From the NCBI GenBank assembly GCA_041653755.1, contig JBAZEU010000001.1, forward strand, positions 65,398 through 129,397: a DNA stretch of 64,000 nt. Reading direction: 5' to 3'. This DNA is from Minisyncoccota bacterium. Lineage in GTDB: Bacteria > Patescibacteriota > Minisyncoccia > UBA6257 > UBA9933. Below the pieces are notes generated by a model that saw nothing but the letters and a program-made list of their open reading frames with translations, was not told the DNA's origin and did no database searches. How positions within the stretch are numbered: the stretch's first letter is position 1; every line of letters begins with the position of its first letter. Of the stretch, positions 19,499 through 30,327 are shown in pieces. The translations under genes and the position numbers were made by a program.

Positions 19499-20530
19499 AT
19501 GATAAAAATTGCTATCAATGGTTTTGGGAGGATTGGCCGATTATTATTTCGGCAGATTTGCGATGATGAACGGCTGGAGATAGTCGCTATAAACGATTTA
19601 GGCGATTTGGCCAATTTAGCTTATTTATTAAAATACGATACGGTTTATCGGGGTTTTCCGGGTGAAATAAAAACAGCCCAAAAAGGTGGGAAGAATTATT
19701 TAGTTGTAGACGATAAAGAGATTTTGGTTTTACAGGAAAAAGACCCGACAAAACTGCCGTGGAAGGAGTTAGGCGTTGATATTGTTGTTGAAGCCACCGG
19801 CGTTTTTGAATCATTTGAAAAAGCAAAAGTTCATTTGGATGCCGGAGCCAAAAGAGTTGTTTTAACTGCGCCGGCAAAAGATGCAGAAGGCACTGATGGC
19901 GGAAGGACGGTTTTAATCGGGATAAATGATGGAGAAATAACATCAACAGTTTTGACTTCAAACGGTTCCTGTACCACCAATGCCGTTGCGCCGGTTATCG
20001 AAGTTTTAAAAGAAAATCCAGGAATCGAGAAAGCGGTTTTGAATACAGTGCACGCTCTAACTAATACTCAAACAATCGTAGACAGCCCAGTGAAAGGGAA
20101 TGATTTCAGACGTGGAAGGGCAGGAGCTCACAATATGGTCCCGTCGACAACCGGTGCGGCAAAGACAGTTGGAAAAGTTATTAAAGAAGTTGATGGAAAA
20201 TTCGACGGCATCGCGATTCGAGTGCCAATTGTCTGTGGATCGATCGCTGATATTACTTTTATTTCAGAAAAGAAAACATCAGTTGAAGAAATCAACGAAA
20301 TTTTTAGGAAAGCCGCGAAATCTGAAAAATGGCAGGGAATTTTACAGGTCTCCGAAGACCCGATTGTTTCATCGGACGTAATCGGCATTGACGCGGCTAG
20401 TTTAGTTGATCTGCCTTTCACAAAAGTAGTTGACGGAAATTTAGTAAAAGTTTTGGCGTGGTATGACAACGAGTGGGGATATGTTACGACCTTGGTCAAT
20501 CATATTTTGAAGGCAGGAGAGAGTTTATAG
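19499..20530 (+). CDS. gap: type I glyceraldehyde-3-phosphate dehydrogenase
   Basis: INGFGRIGR NAD motif, catalytic SNGSCTTN, 343 aa. Confidence 0.9.
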   Translation: MIKIAINGFGRIGRLLFRQICDDERLEIVAINDLGDLANLAYLLKYDTVYRGFPGEIKTAQKGGKNYLVVDDKEILVLQEKDPTKLPWKELGVDIVVEATGVFESFEKAKVHLDAGAKRVVLTAPAKDAEGTDGGRTVLIGINDGEITSTVLTSNGSCTTNAVAPVIEVLKENPGIEKAVLNTVHALTNTQTIVDSPVKGNDFRRGRAGAHNMVPSTTGAAKTVGKVIKEVDGKFDGIAIRVPIVCGSIADITFISEKKTSVEEINEIFRKAAKSEKWQGILQVSEDPIVSSDVIGIDAASLVDLPFTKVVDGNLVKVLAWYDNEWGYVTTLVNHILKAGESL

Positions 20531-20612
20531 ATTTTTGGTTCTATCTTGGAAACAGTGAAATCAATATTAGCTTCATTTACAATATAATTACAACCGAAAA
20601 GGAGGACAAAAG

Positions 20613-20819
20613 ATGAGACCTGGATTTTGGGGGGAGTTAAGGACTCTCAGGGATGGATTACGGATGGATAAGGAATATCTTGAAGCTGCACCTCTTGGTC
20701 CGCAGCAAAAGAGAAATCTCCAAAGAAGTATTGCGAAACAACGAGAACGGATAAGAAAGATGGAAAAAGAATTTCGCGAAAGCAAGAAAGAGAAAGCAAA
20801 AAAGGGCTCTGGAAATTAG
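20613..20819 (+). CDS. small basic hypothetical protein (68 aa)
   Basis: perfect AAGGAGG SD; Lys/Arg-rich; stop codon embedded in terminator hairpin. Confidence 0.4.
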   Translation: MRPGFWGELRTLRDGLRMDKEYLEAAPLGPQQKRNLQRSIAKQRERIRKMEKEFRESKKEKAKKGSGN

Positions 20820-20830
20820 AGCCCTTTTTT
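20804..20830 (+). terminator. rho-independent terminator
   Basis: GGGCTCT-ggaaatt-AGAGCCC + TTTTTT. Confidence 0.6.
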
Positions 20831-20860
20831 AATTCTTGCAGGTTGATATAATGAAAACAT

Positions 20861-21529
20861 ATGGATTCAAAAGAGCTCGCCAAAAAATTAGATCATACGA
20901 ATATTAAGCCGGAAGCTACCGAGGCGGATATTAGAGAAAGCTGCGCAGAAGCGAAACAATATGGTTTCCGTGGAGTTTGCGTTAATCCGGAATGGACTAA
21001 GGTCGCTTCGGAAGAGTTAAAAGGAACGGGCGTAAAAACCGTTGTTCTTATTGATCCGCCGATGGGGCAGTCGTCGAAAGAAGAGAGAATTGCTGTGGCT
21101 AAAAAAGCGAAAAAAGACGGAGCAGATGATTTGGATATTGTGATGAATGTGGTTGATTTGAAATACGAAAGATACGACAAAGTTTTAGATGATTTAAAAG
21201 CGATTTGTGTTTTGGGCGATACAAAAGTAATTATTGGTTCGGGATATTTAATCGACGAAGAGGTTGTTAAGGCCTCGGCTCTTGCGAAACAAGCCGGAGC
21301 GATTTGCGTAAAAACAGCGACATTCAAAGATCCTTTGGAAGAAAGGGAAATCGATGAAAAAGTCAGGCATTTGAAATTAATGCGAGAGGCCGCGCCCGGA
21401 CTTTTAATTAAGGCATCAGGAAATATAAAAAATTTGGCAGAAGTTCAGAAAGCATTAGCAGCCGGAGCGGATATTATAGGAACGAGCTCGTCGGTGGGGA
21501 TAATAAAAGAGTTAGAACTTAGAAAATAA
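20861..21529 (+). CDS. deoC: deoxyribose-phosphate aldolase
   Basis: DeoC-family TIM barrel motifs (LDHTNIKPEAT, VCVNP, Schiff-base Lys region AICVKTATFK); 222 aa. Confidence 0.8.
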   Translation: MDSKELAKKLDHTNIKPEATEADIRESCAEAKQYGFRGVCVNPEWTKVASEELKGTGVKTVVLIDPPMGQSSKEERIAVAKKAKKDGADDLDIVMNVVDLKYERYDKVLDDLKAICVLGDTKVIIGSGYLIDEEVVKASALAKQAGAICVKTATFKDPLEEREIDEKVRHLKLMREAAPGLLIKASGNIKNLAEVQKALAAGADIIGTSSSVGIIKELELRK

Positions 21530-21536
21530 AAATTTC

Positions 21537-22544
21537 ATGTACGACATCATAACAATCGGTAGTGCGGCCAAAGACATGTTCTTGCGGGGGATTGATTTTG
21601 TAAACTGTAAATCAGGTGATTTTAAGACCGGCAAAGGAATTTGTTTGGGATCGGCGTCTAAAAATAATGTTTCGCAGGCAGATTTATTAAATGGTGGTTC
21701 GGCGGTGAATACGGCTATTACTTTTTCAAGGCAAGGGTTAAAAACCGGAGCGATTTTCAGAGTCGGCGATGATTTATTCGGGGAAGACATAAAAAACTTT
21801 CTTAAAAAAGAAAGAGTTGGTGAAAAGCTTTGCCAAATAGACCTGCCTTCCGGCAGGCAGGATAAGAAAAATTCTACTGCTTTTTCGGTAGTTTTTTTGG
21901 ATAAAAATGGCGAAAGAACGATTTTAGATTATAAAGGCGTTGGCAAAAATATAAGCGAAAAAGAAATCTCTTGGTCAAAAATTAAAACCAAATGGCTTTA
22001 TGTTGGGACTCTCGGCGGCAATAAACAACTTTTAGAAAAGATTTTTTCCTTTGCGAAAGCGAATAAAATTAAGTTAGCCGGAAATCCGAGCTTGGCTGAT
22101 TTGAAAGTGCTAAAAGCCAGTCCGAAATTATTGAAGAATTATGATGTTTTTATATTAAACCAAGAAGAAGCGTCTTATTTAACTGGCATTGGCTATGGAA
22201 AGGAAAAAGAAGTTTTTAAAAAACTGGACAAATTAGTTGATGGAATCGTAGTGATGACAAAAGGCGTGAAAGGCGTTTCGATTTCAGATGGAAAAACTCT
22301 GTGGCAAGCCAAGGCCTTTCCGCAGAAGGCATTTGATAGAACTGGCGCCGGGGATGCTTTCGGGTCAGGGTTTGTTGCGGGCTTAGCGCAAGCTAAAAAC
22401 ATAGAATATTGTATTCGTTTAGCAATGGCCAATGCCACCGGAGTAGTGGAGAAACTTGGAGGGAATGCCGGAGCCCTGACAAAAAATGAATTCATAAAAT
22501 CAAAGCGTTTTAAGAAAATAAATCTTACAAAGATCACTTTATGA
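21537..22544 (+). CDS. PfkB-family carbohydrate/nucleoside kinase
   Basis: C-terminal TGAGDAFGSGFVAG anion-hole motif of ribokinase superfamily. Confidence 0.8.
   Translation: MYDIITIGSAAKDMFLRGIDFVNCKSGDFKTGKGICLGSASKNNVSQADLLNGGSAVNTAITFSRQGLKTGAIFRVGDDLFGEDIKNFLKKERVGEKLCQIDLPSGRQDKKNSTAFSVVFLDKNGERTILDYKGVGKNISEKEISWSKIKTKWLYVGTLGGNKQLLEKIFSFAKANKIKLAGNPSLADLKVLKASPKLLKNYDVFILNQEEASYLTGIGYGKEKEVFKKLDKLVDGIVVMTKGVKGVSISDGKTLWQAKAFPQKAFDRTGAGDAFGSGFVAGLAQAKNIEYCIRLAMANATGVVEKLGGNAGALTKNEFIKSKRFKKINLTKITL
21843..21862. repeat. 20-bp palindrome CCTGCCTTCCGGCAGGCAGG inside kinase CDS (copy 1 of 4)
   Basis: identical 20-mer at 43978; variants at 44152 and 45829; encodes LPSGRQ. Confidence 0.7.
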
Positions 22545-23800
22545 CCGAAACAGCGATTGAAAAGATTGCTAAAATTTTAAGAGCTGATAAGCATATTATC
22601 GAGGCCTTGGAGAAAAAACTTTCGCAGACGACCGGCAAAACCGGGGTTTTTGAAAAAATCCTTAATGAAAACGAACAAGCCATTGATAAGGCCTGTTTAA
22701 TTTTAGGGTTGAAAAGAGAGTCCAAAGCCAAAGAAGTTTATGATTCTTTGATTTCAAAAATTGAAGCAGATGATAATTTGCTTTTTGAGGGTCTCAAGAG
22801 GCCATCAATGGAGACATTCGAAGGATGTAATCATATTCTCGAAATCGCTAAAAAGCTAGTTGGTTCTAAAAAGGGATTTTTCTTGAAAATAGAAAAAGCC
22901 AAAGAGATTTTAGAGCAAAATCCGCCAAAAAATATCCTTAAATTCTTTGGCTGCTTAACTGTTAAGGAATTATTGGAAAAAGAAAATATTTTGGAAGTTT
23001 TTTGCGCTTTAAGGTTCATTGAAGACGCGGATTGGCTGAAAGACATTTTTTTAAACAAATACCAGGAGTTAAAACCAACGGATTTTGAAGAGAGGGAAAT
23101 ACAGACTTTAACTATTAGCTCGAAAGTTGCCGTTGCTGCCGCTGAATTCATCCAGAAGAAATATCATAATATCAGCCACCTAAAAGAACTGGGAATTATT
23201 TTTATTTTACCGGTTTCTTTAAATGTTTCAGGAGAGTTAATTAGAGATTTCAGTTTAATCCTCCATTATTTTTACGAAATCGCATTTTATAGCGGACTTT
23301 TTAAAGAATTATCTAAGAATGAAAAAGAATTTTCTTCCGGTTTAGTTTCTTTATTGAGGGGCGAAGGAACGGAAAAAATGTCAGAAGTTGGAGGGGACAA
23401 TAGATGGCTAATTATCCAGAGGTATTTAGCCAAAGACGATGAAAACGATTGGCGGTTATTTACGCCCCATATTAATCCTGAAGCGCTTCACTGGGAAAAA
23501 GCGGAGAAAAGCTTGGTTAAAGCCGGGGCAATGCTTGACAGTTTTTCAGGCGAACTTTCGTTCTGGGACAATTTAAGCTGGGTTGGGGATTATTTCAAAA
23601 GCGAAACAGGAGTCGATATTTTGGTGAGCTTTAACATTGTCGACACGGCCATGTCTTTGGTAAAGGAAAAGGAACTGATAAAATATCTATATCATCATCA
23701 GGAGGCACTTTGGAACAAGATATTTATTGAGTATTTTGGTGAAGAAAAACTAGAAGAATCGTTAAAAGAAAATATTATTAAGGGATACTTCAATCTTTAA
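22541..23800 (+). CDS. hypothetical protein (419 aa) translationally coupled inside deoC-kinase-fba operon
   Basis: ATGA start/stop overlap with upstream kinase; no recognisable motif. Confidence 0.5.
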   Translation: MTETAIEKIAKILRADKHIIEALEKKLSQTTGKTGVFEKILNENEQAIDKACLILGLKRESKAKEVYDSLISKIEADDNLLFEGLKRPSMETFEGCNHILEIAKKLVGSKKGFFLKIEKAKEILEQNPPKNILKFFGCLTVKELLEKENILEVFCALRFIEDADWLKDIFLNKYQELKPTDFEEREIQTLTISSKVAVAAAEFIQKKYHNISHLKELGIIFILPVSLNVSGELIRDFSLILHYFYEIAFYSGLFKELSKNEKEFSSGLVSLLRGEGTEKMSEVGGDNRWLIIQRYLAKDDENDWRLFTPHINPEALHWEKAEKSLVKAGAMLDSFSGELSFWDNLSWVGDYFKSETGVDILVSFNIVDTAMSLVKEKELIKYLYHHQEALWNKIFIEYFGEEKLEESLKENIIKGYFNL

Positions 23801-23824
23801 TTAAGAATGCAGAATTAAGAATTA
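23799..23824. repeat. 26-nt exact repeat AATTAAGAATGCAGAATTAAGAATTA (copy 1, fills intergenic gap up to fba ATG)
   Basis: identical 26-mer at 56694-56719. Confidence 0.7.
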
Positions 23825-24711
23825 TGAAGTCATTATTAGAAACAATTTTAGAAGCCAAGAAAGATAAAAAAGCCATTGGGCATTTTAATGTTTCTAATTT
23901 AGAAACGATTAAAGCGATTATCGGGGCGGCTCAAAGAGAAAACGTTCCGGTTATCATTGGAGTGTCTGAAGGGGAAAGAAGTTTCATCGGTTTAAGACAG
24001 GTGGCGGCTTTGATAAAGAACTATAGAGAAGAATTGTCTTTTCCGATTTTTTTAAATGCCGATCATACTCATTCTTTGATCAAAGCTAAGCAGGCGATTG
24101 AAGCCGGTTTTGATGCCATAACCTTTGATCTTAGCGGTTTGCCATTAGAAGAAAATATTAAGCAAACCAAAGAAATAGTTGCTTATAAAAAATCCATCAA
24201 CTCAGAAGTTTTAATTGAAGGGGAAACAAATCCTATTTGGGGAAAGTCAGAAGTTTTATCGGAAGTGCCCAAGGAGGTGGCGGAAGCGGTTAGAGAAATA
24301 AATATGACTAAGCCTGAATTGGCTAAACAGTTCGTCAAAGAAACTGGCGTTGATTTGCTTGCTCCGGCAACAGGGAATATCCACGGAGTGGTTAAAGACG
24401 GGAAGTCAGACGTTATAATAAAACCCAAGATAGATATTGAAAGAATAAAAGAAATTTCTAAAGTGGTGGATGTGCCGTTGGTGCTGCATGGCGGTTCCGG
24501 CATACCGGAAGAGGACTTAAAACAGGCGATTGAAGCAGGAGTTTCAATAATTCATATCAATACGGAGCTTCGTCTCACTTGGCGGAATTCGCTGGAAGAA
24601 AAACTAAAAAAGTACCCCAATGAAATTATTCCATACAAAATAATGCCGGAAGTAATTTTCGACATTGAAAATTTGGTGGAGAAAAAATTGCGAATTTTTA
24701 ACGGAAAATAA
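23824..24711 (+). CDS. fba: class II fructose-bisphosphate aldolase
   Basis: HFNVSNLETIKAIIGAAQRENVPVIIGVSEG, ADHTHS, LVLHGGSG motifs. Confidence 0.85.
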   Translation: MKSLLETILEAKKDKKAIGHFNVSNLETIKAIIGAAQRENVPVIIGVSEGERSFIGLRQVAALIKNYREELSFPIFLNADHTHSLIKAKQAIEAGFDAITFDLSGLPLEENIKQTKEIVAYKKSINSEVLIEGETNPIWGKSEVLSEVPKEVAEAVREINMTKPELAKQFVKETGVDLLAPATGNIHGVVKDGKSDVIIKPKIDIERIKEISKVVDVPLVLHGGSGIPEEDLKQAIEAGVSIIHINTELRLTWRNSLEEKLKKYPNEIIPYKIMPEVIFDIENLVEKKLRIFNGK

Positions 24712-24713
24712 AC

Positions 24714-26129
24714 TTATCCAGTAATGGTTTTAATATCGTCTTCAAATCCAGCGGCACGATTCACGGCAGCTTGACCATAATCCCACAGGTGATAACTCCA
24801 TCTGCTGCCAGCATAATATTTAGCGGCTGCTTTTCTTTCAGCTGAAGTTGTTTGCTGATCTGCGCCTAAATCTTTCAGGTAAAGAGCCGAAGCGACAAAC
24901 GCATCAGCATTATTCCAAGGATTAGCTGGGTTGTGTCCAGTAACTTTGGCAACCCTATCCTTATAAGCGTTCCAGGTCGAGGGGATAAATTGAGCCGGGC
25001 CCATTGCTCCGCCATAAACACCGTCAGAATTTGCGCAGGAAACTTTTACCGAGTCAGGAGAGATATTCAACTCCGCAAGAATTTTTAAGAACACAGGGAT
25101 ATCTCTGGTCGGATGCATTGCCGTTTGGTAATTACATTGGCCGACATTTTTTCCCAGAGCTGATTCTCCTTGGAGGATAGACAATAGAAAAGCGGCTCTT
25201 ACGCCCGTAGCGTCTTCGGCCATCTTCGCAATTTTATAAGCATCGCCGAAAGACATCTCTCCGCCGCCCAATAATTTAAAGATTCTGCTTCTTATTTCAG
25301 CAGCAGTTTGTTTTGTCTGCGCCAAAAGTTGTTGATATTTTGATTCCTGGCCTTTGGTTTCTGTGAGGAGGGTAGTTTTCTGTTGTTGGGTTTGTTTAAT
25401 GTTTTGTTTCTGGGATTCTTGATAGGCCTTTAATGCCTGAACATCTGATTTTTCTAAAGATAATTGTGTCTTTTGTTCAACGAGTTTTTGATGAAGGTCG
25501 GTTATTTTTTGAACAGCTGCCGCTACGCTATCTTTTATAGTCAAAAGGTTATTGGTTTCTGAAAAGAAATCAGAGAGATTTGGGTTTTTTAGGATAACAG
25601 TCATTAACCCTTCATTATCGTTCTCATAAACAAGCTGCAGGGTTTGTTCCAGAGCATTTTTTTGAACATCCAAATCGCTTTCAGTTGATGAAATTTGAAC
25701 TGTTGTGTCAGAAATTTCCCGATCCAGCTTCTGGAGATTAAGAGTTACGGCTTTAATCTGAAGGTTTAATTGTTTTATGCTCGCTTCAAGGCGTTTTATT
25801 TCGCTTGATAGAGTACTTCCTTTTTGTTTATAAGAATTTACCAATGCTTGTTGTTGGTCCATCTGCACTTGTAATGTTTGAAGCTGACTTTCTAATGCTT
25901 GTCTTTCCTGGTCTGTAGCTTGGTTTGCTTGAGCCAAAGAACTGCTGCTCGGAGCTTTGGCCAGTCCGAAAATTAAGGCAATTGCAGCAAAAGAAATAAC
26001 CGCTATCTTGGTTATTTTTTTCAACGGCAAATAAATCGTTTTTGAGCTGGAGAGGTTAACGAGATTTAAAAGATTCCTCCCCGAGAGCAGTTTTTTCCCT
26101 TTTACATCGCTTAAAAAGGAAGGTTTCAT
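24714..26129 (-). CDS. membrane-anchored coiled-coil protein with C-terminal lytic murein transglycosylase (MltB-like) domain
   Basis: N-terminal TM, ~250 aa of heptad-rich Q/L/K coiled coil, C-terminal GAMGPAQFIPSTW lytic transglycosylase motif. Confidence 0.6.
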   Translation of the reverse strand: MKPSFLSDVKGKKLLSGRNLLNLVNLSSSKTIYLPLKKITKIAVISFAAIALIFGLAKAPSSSSLAQANQATDQERQALESQLQTLQVQMDQQQALVNSYKQKGSTLSSEIKRLEASIKQLNLQIKAVTLNLQKLDREISDTTVQISSTESDLDVQKNALEQTLQLVYENDNEGLMTVILKNPNLSDFFSETNNLLTIKDSVAAAVQKITDLHQKLVEQKTQLSLEKSDVQALKAYQESQKQNIKQTQQQKTTLLTETKGQESKYQQLLAQTKQTAAEIRSRIFKLLGGGEMSFGDAYKIAKMAEDATGVRAAFLLSILQGESALGKNVGQCNYQTAMHPTRDIPVFLKILAELNISPDSVKVSCANSDGVYGGAMGPAQFIPSTWNAYKDRVAKVTGHNPANPWNNADAFVASALYLKDLGADQQTTSAERKAAAKYYAGSRWSYHLWDYGQAAVNRAAGFEDDIKTITG

Positions 26130-26143
26130 ATATGAGAGTTTTT

Positions 26144-26824
26144 TTATTTAACTGGTTTAGCTGGCTCGTCGGCCCCTTCTTCTGTTTTTTCTTTTTCTGC
26201 CTGTGCGCGTTTAGCTTCAGCTTCGGTAACGATTTCGTCTACTTTCGGTTCTTCAACAACTACCTCTTCTTCTTTAGCTTTTTCAGTAATGGTAGCCACA
26301 ACTGTTTGAGGATCAACCAAAACTTTTACATCTTTAGGGATAGAAAGATCACCGACGTGAATATTTTTCCCAATGTCGTCGAGGGATGATAAATCAACCT
26401 TAATAGAGTGGGGGAGATTGGCAGGCAAAGCTTCCACTTTTATTTCGTGCATCGCCTTTACCAAAACGCCATCTTTTTCTTTGATAGCCGGTGCTTCGCC
26501 AACGAAGTCCAAAGGCGTAGCCACGATAATTTTTTCAGTCATTTTAACTTGGTAGAAATCAACGTGGATGATTTCATCGGTTAAAGCATTTTTTTGGATG
26601 TCGTGAACGAGAACTGGGATTTTTTTATCATCAACTACAAGGTTAATGATTTCGTTTTCCCCGGCTACTTTAAAAACATCTGAGAACTCTTTTTTAGGCA
26701 AGCCGAGGTGAATATTTTTTACGTTATGGCCGTAAAGTTCAGCCGGAATAACACCGGTTTCTCTAAGTTGGCTGACTGCTTTTCCTAATATTTCTCTTTT
26801 TTGCGCAATAATTTCAGTATTCAT
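26144..26824 (-). CDS. rplY: 50S ribosomal protein L25 / general stress protein Ctc
   Basis: N-terminal REILGKAVSQLRETGVIPAELYG L25 signature; acidic/lysine C-terminal tail. Confidence 0.85.
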   Translation of the reverse strand: MNTEIIAQKREILGKAVSQLRETGVIPAELYGHNVKNIHLGLPKKEFSDVFKVAGENEIINLVVDDKKIPVLVHDIQKNALTDEIIHVDFYQVKMTEKIIVATPLDFVGEAPAIKEKDGVLVKAMHEIKVEALPANLPHSIKVDLSSLDDIGKNIHVGDLSIPKDVKVLVDPQTVVATITEKAKEEEVVVEEPKVDEIVTEAEAKRAQAEKEKTEEGADEPAKPVK

Positions 26825-26862
26825 ATTATGTATTGTATCAGATTTTTAATGATTCGTAAAAT

Positions 26863-27603
26863 TTACTGATTTATTTTTTGGAATGCTTTGATTATCGGTT
26901 CTAAATCTCCTTCTAAAATTTTCTCGATATTATGAAATTTCTTTCCGATTCGATGATCGGTAACACGGTCATCGGGGAAATTGTAAGTCCTGATTTTTTC
27001 CGATCGTTCGCCCAGACCTATTTGATCCCGGCGGAGCTTACCAAGCTTTATTTGCTCCTCAATTCGTATGTTCTCATAGATTTTAGAACGCAAGATGCCC
27101 ATTGCTGTTTCACGGTTGGCATGCTGGGACCGGCCAGCTTGAGATGCCACTACTGTACCAGTCGGCTTATGAACAATTCTTACTCCTGTTTCTACCTTAT
27201 TTACGTTTTGGCCGCCAGGACCCGAAGACCTAAAGAAGGAAAGTTCTAAGTCGTTGGGGTTTATTTGAATTTCTTTTTGTTCTACTTCGGGGAGGATAGC
27301 GACTGAAGCGGTCGAAGTATGAACTCGGCCGGCTTTTTCGGTTTTAGGTATCCTTTGGATGCGGTGGACACCAGTTTCGTTTTTTAATAAATCGTAAATC
27401 TTTTCGTTCGGATTTTCAGAATTCGCGATTTCCGCCACAACGCTTTTATAACCGCTTAAAGATGTCTGATTAAAATCTATAATAGTAAATTGCCAACCCT
27501 TATTTAGAGAAAACCTTTGGTACATTCTTAAAAGATCGGCAGCAAAAATAGCGGCTTCGTCTCCGCCTACTCCCGCTCGAATTTCTAATATAACTTTATC
27601 CAT
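26863..27603 (-). CDS. prfA: class I peptide chain release factor (RF1-type, PKT tripeptide) lacking N-terminal domain 1
   Basis: GGQ motif SGPGGQNVNK, PxT-like IPKTEKAGR, domain 2-4 collinear with RF1 from ~residue 110; in-frame stop 16 codons upstream of ATG precludes a longer N-terminus. Confidence 0.7.
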   Translation of the reverse strand: MDKVILEIRAGVGGDEAAIFAADLLRMYQRFSLNKGWQFTIIDFNQTSLSGYKSVVAEIANSENPNEKIYDLLKNETGVHRIQRIPKTEKAGRVHTSTASVAILPEVEQKEIQINPNDLELSFFRSSGPGGQNVNKVETGVRIVHKPTGTVVASQAGRSQHANRETAMGILRSKIYENIRIEEQIKLGKLRRDQIGLGERSEKIRTYNFPDDRVTDHRIGKKFHNIEKILEGDLEPIIKAFQKINQ

Positions 27604-27680
27604 GATTTTTTTAACAAAAATAGCGTTCAGGTTAAAAAGATAAAATGATTTTTATCCTTTTGGAAAACCCAAACGCTTTA

Positions 27681-27926
27681 CTATTTTGATTTCTTCTTTC
27701 GGATTTTTTTAGCGGTTTTCGGCTTCGCTTTTGCTTTCCTGGATTTAAATCTTTCAGCTCTGCCGGCAGTATCGAGCAAAACATTTTTTCCGGTGTAGAA
27801 CGGATGGCAGGCGTAACAAATTTCCACCTGAATTTCCGGCTTGGTTGAACCAACAGTGAAGGTATTGCCGCAAGCGCAGCTAACCTTGGCTTTTGGATGG
27901 TATTCTGGATGAATGTCTTTTTTCAT
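27681..27926 (-). CDS. rpmE: 50S ribosomal protein L31
   Basis: [11 protein letters not shown]...CxC...C...CHPFYTG zinc-binding L31 signature with Lys-rich tail. Confidence 0.85.
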   Translation of the reverse strand: MKKDIHPEYHPKAKVSCACGNTFTVGSTKPEIQVEICYACHPFYTGKNVLLDTAGRAERFKSRKAKAKPKTAKKIRKKKSK

Positions 27927-27956
27927 ACTTTCAAAGCTTATCACTAATTTTTTTTC

Positions 27957-27984
27957 TTGACAAGGGTTTTCAGTTAGATATAAT
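27957..27984 (+). promoter_or_regulatory. rRNA promoter TTGACA-16-TATAAT
   Basis: consensus hexamers ~195 nt upstream of 16S 5' end; boxA-like GCGTCTTAACGA at ~28149. Confidence 0.5.
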
Positions 27985-28177
27985 GGAAGCTTGAGTTGAA
28001 CTTTGATAATAGAATAACAACCAGATCCTTCTGGTTGTACAAAATAGCAATCAGAATTTTTCTGGTTGCCCCAAATTAGGATTTAAAAGTTTTTAGTCAA
28101 AGGCGTAGAGATTTTTGTTACGGTTTCTAACTGTGACAAAATTTTCTGCGTCTTAACGACAAAGAAATTTTTAATAA

Positions 28178-29660
<1,483 letters not shown>

Positions 29661-29804
29661 AAATTTTTTGTTCGATGTCCGATGAAAATCGGAAAAAAGC
29701 ATTGGTCGAGGAGCTTTAAGTTTCGACTGTTGGGGTAACTAGAAAAGTTCTGAATGAATTAGGACTTATGTGTTCGATTGTGTAAAGTATTAAAGTTTTG
29801 TACA

Positions 29805-30200
29805 ATGATACTTATGGAAGTTTCTCGCAAAATTTTATTAGTTGAGGACGATACCTTTTTGTCTTCGTTGTTAAAGAATCGTCTTCAGAAGGAGAATTTA
29901 GAAGTAGTTCTGGCCAAAGATGGCGAGGAAGCTTTGCTGTTGTTAAAAGATTCCAAACCAGAGCTTATTCTTTTAGATTTGATTCTTCCGAAAAAGTCAG
30001 GGTTCGAAGTTATGGAAGATCTTAAGTCTAATCCTTCTCTACAGGGTCAAGATATCCCCGTTATTATAATTTCTAATCTTGGCCAGGAAGCGGATATTAA
30101 AAAAAGCGAAGAGTTGGGCGCGGTAGAGTATTTTATTAAAGCAAAAACTTCTTTAGACGATTTAGTAAAAAAGATTAAGGATTTCTTAAAGGTAAAATAA
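29805..30200 (+). CDS. single-domain response regulator (CheY-like receiver)
   Basis: ILLVEDD, phospho-acceptor LILLDLILP, conserved Lys region; no output domain. Confidence 0.8.
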   Translation: MILMEVSRKILLVEDDTFLSSLLKNRLQKENLEVVLAKDGEEALLLLKDSKPELILLDLILPKKSGFEVMEDLKSNPSLQGQDIPVIIISNLGQEADIKKSEELGAVEYFIKAKTSLDDLVKKIKDFLKVK

Positions 30201-30327
30201 CTGGGTTATCCCCATTTTTCTTCTTGCTACGCTTTTTATCTAAAGGTATCGCTCGCTGGACTTCTAATTTTACTCCGCCAACAGCGCCGTATTAAAGATT
30301 CTTCAAATTGTTGTATAATAAACACCA

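Noticed and set aside
26863-27603. Annotating the short release factor as PrfH or ArfB
   Set aside because: It retains full domains 2-4, including a PxT-type decoding motif and domain 4, unlike ArfB (GGQ domain only) or PrfH. It is best described as RF1 lacking domain 1.
27765-27776. CTGCCGGCAG palindrome inside rpmE as a fifth copy of the LPxGR palindrome family
   Set aside because: Only the 10-bp core matches, and it encodes the conserved L31 motif TAGR (E. coli TGGR), so it is explained by protein conservation rather than an inserted element.
29661-29700. Hairpin TCCGAT-gaaa-ATCGGA immediately after 16S as a terminator
   Set aside because: It is followed by an A-run on the plus strand rather than a U-tract; more likely part of a processing stem, and not called.
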